Shown one piece after another: positions 62,801 through 64,000 of a stretch of 64,000 nucleotides of DNA. This stretch comes from the human T2T-CHM13v2.0 reference genome, Homo sapiens: NCBI RefSeq assembly GCF_009914755.1, contig NC_060936.1. One strand, given 5' to 3'. Made by a program: the position numbers and the translations under genes. Position 1 is the stretch's first letter. Every line of letters starts with the position of its first letter. A model generated the notes under the pieces. The model saw nothing but the letters and a program-made list of their open reading frames with translations, ran no database searches and was not told where the DNA came from.

Positions 62801-64000
62801 AAAATGAATTGTAGGCAACAAATAGACTTGGTTCCTGGATTATCTGTCTGGAAGTAGGTATGAAATACCAGGCCTATTACACAACGTTGCTGCAGGGGAC
62901 TCTAAATGTAGCTCAAACTCTGAGGCTTCTGAAGAATCATTATAAGACCTGATTACATTAGGTGATTAGCACTAATAATTGAAATGTGTAATAAATATCA
63001 GGGAAAGGCAGTTCTCAGAGAAAGATTCCTAATAGGTCTACTGGATTTAGACTGGGAGTGGAAAATAATTTTAAAGTATTTTAAGCATATGACAGGAATG
63101 TATAAGTTCTGCTTTCAAAACTGAACATAACAGTTGAGTGTTTCTGGTGGGGAAAATGATACCTAAAAGAAAACAGAATCAGATTATGAGTCTTGAGTAC
63201 CTTGTCTAGGAATTTTGTTATATTATGCACAATTTTTGTTTATCTTGGAATCAGTGGAAAGCTATCAAAAGTTTTAAAGTACAGAGTGACAAAATGAAGC
63301 TATGAATTCTGGAGTCAAACAATCTTGGTTTGAATTCAAGCTCTGCAATTTTATAGCTTTGGGATTTAGAAGAATTTTCTTAGCATGTCTAAACCTTGGG
63401 TGTCTCATTTATAAAGCTGTTATAATAACATCAACTTTTCGGTGTTGATGTGTGGATTAGAAAATGTATGTGAGCCTCTAGCACAGTGCCTGGTGCCAAC
63501 CAGGGCTCAACATGTAGTAGTATCATGAGTATTTTAAGCAGAATAATATGGCATTGGTGTATAGCATGGTTTGGGGATGGAATAAATGAGAGAAAAACAA
63601 ATTGAGATGCACATAATTAGTACTAAGAAAATATTGTCAATTGCTTTGCCACTAATAATGAATAGAATAAACTGCTGATTTTTTCCAGGAAGATGAAAGG
63701 CCATTTCACTGGTTACCTACTATTCTCAGTTATAAAGCCATGGTCTCTGGCTTCATGGAAACATTCTTGAACCTCTCTGTGGAACCATTTAGTTCTACTA
63801 AGACCCTAGGATATGTGTTCAATTCCTCTGCTCTACAGCAACAGTTCTTTAAGTACTTTTTTTTTTAGCACACAAGTATAACAGACATGAAGCCAAATAT
63901 GCAGATGAAAATTGACAAATAGGTTTTACTAATGCTCACCCTGCTGTGCATGTCAGAAGGCAATAATTTTAGGCAAACATGACTCAACTCCCAATGCTAT

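Overview
Eukaryotic, primate and most likely human genomic DNA (it carries a near-consensus AluYa5-type element). It is AT-rich and dominated by transposable elements. These include two full-length young L1PA elements (2311-8503 and 21568-27596, both +), a nested old L1MA/L1PA/Alu complex (~30820-38020), several truncated L1s (one with a 3' transduction, one 5'-inverted), about 10 Alus, MaLR/ERV LTRs, and L2/MIR relics. Nearly all long ORFs in the supplied track are L1 ORF1/ORF2/ORF0 pieces or Alu read-through, and I found no intact host protein-coding gene. The main non-repeat signal is a chain of exon-shaped islands on the minus strand (about 47953 down to 11794) with canonical AG/GT boundaries. 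Their translations contain BTB/POZ-like motifs in the correct order but split by frameshifts and stops, which suggests an anciently decayed multi-exon BTB-domain gene (candidate unitary pseudogene) that I cannot name. The antisense promoter and ORF0 of the younger L1 point straight into its 3' exons, three of which still splice into an open 131-aa frame. All subfamily names and consensus comparisons are from memory, not from database searches.
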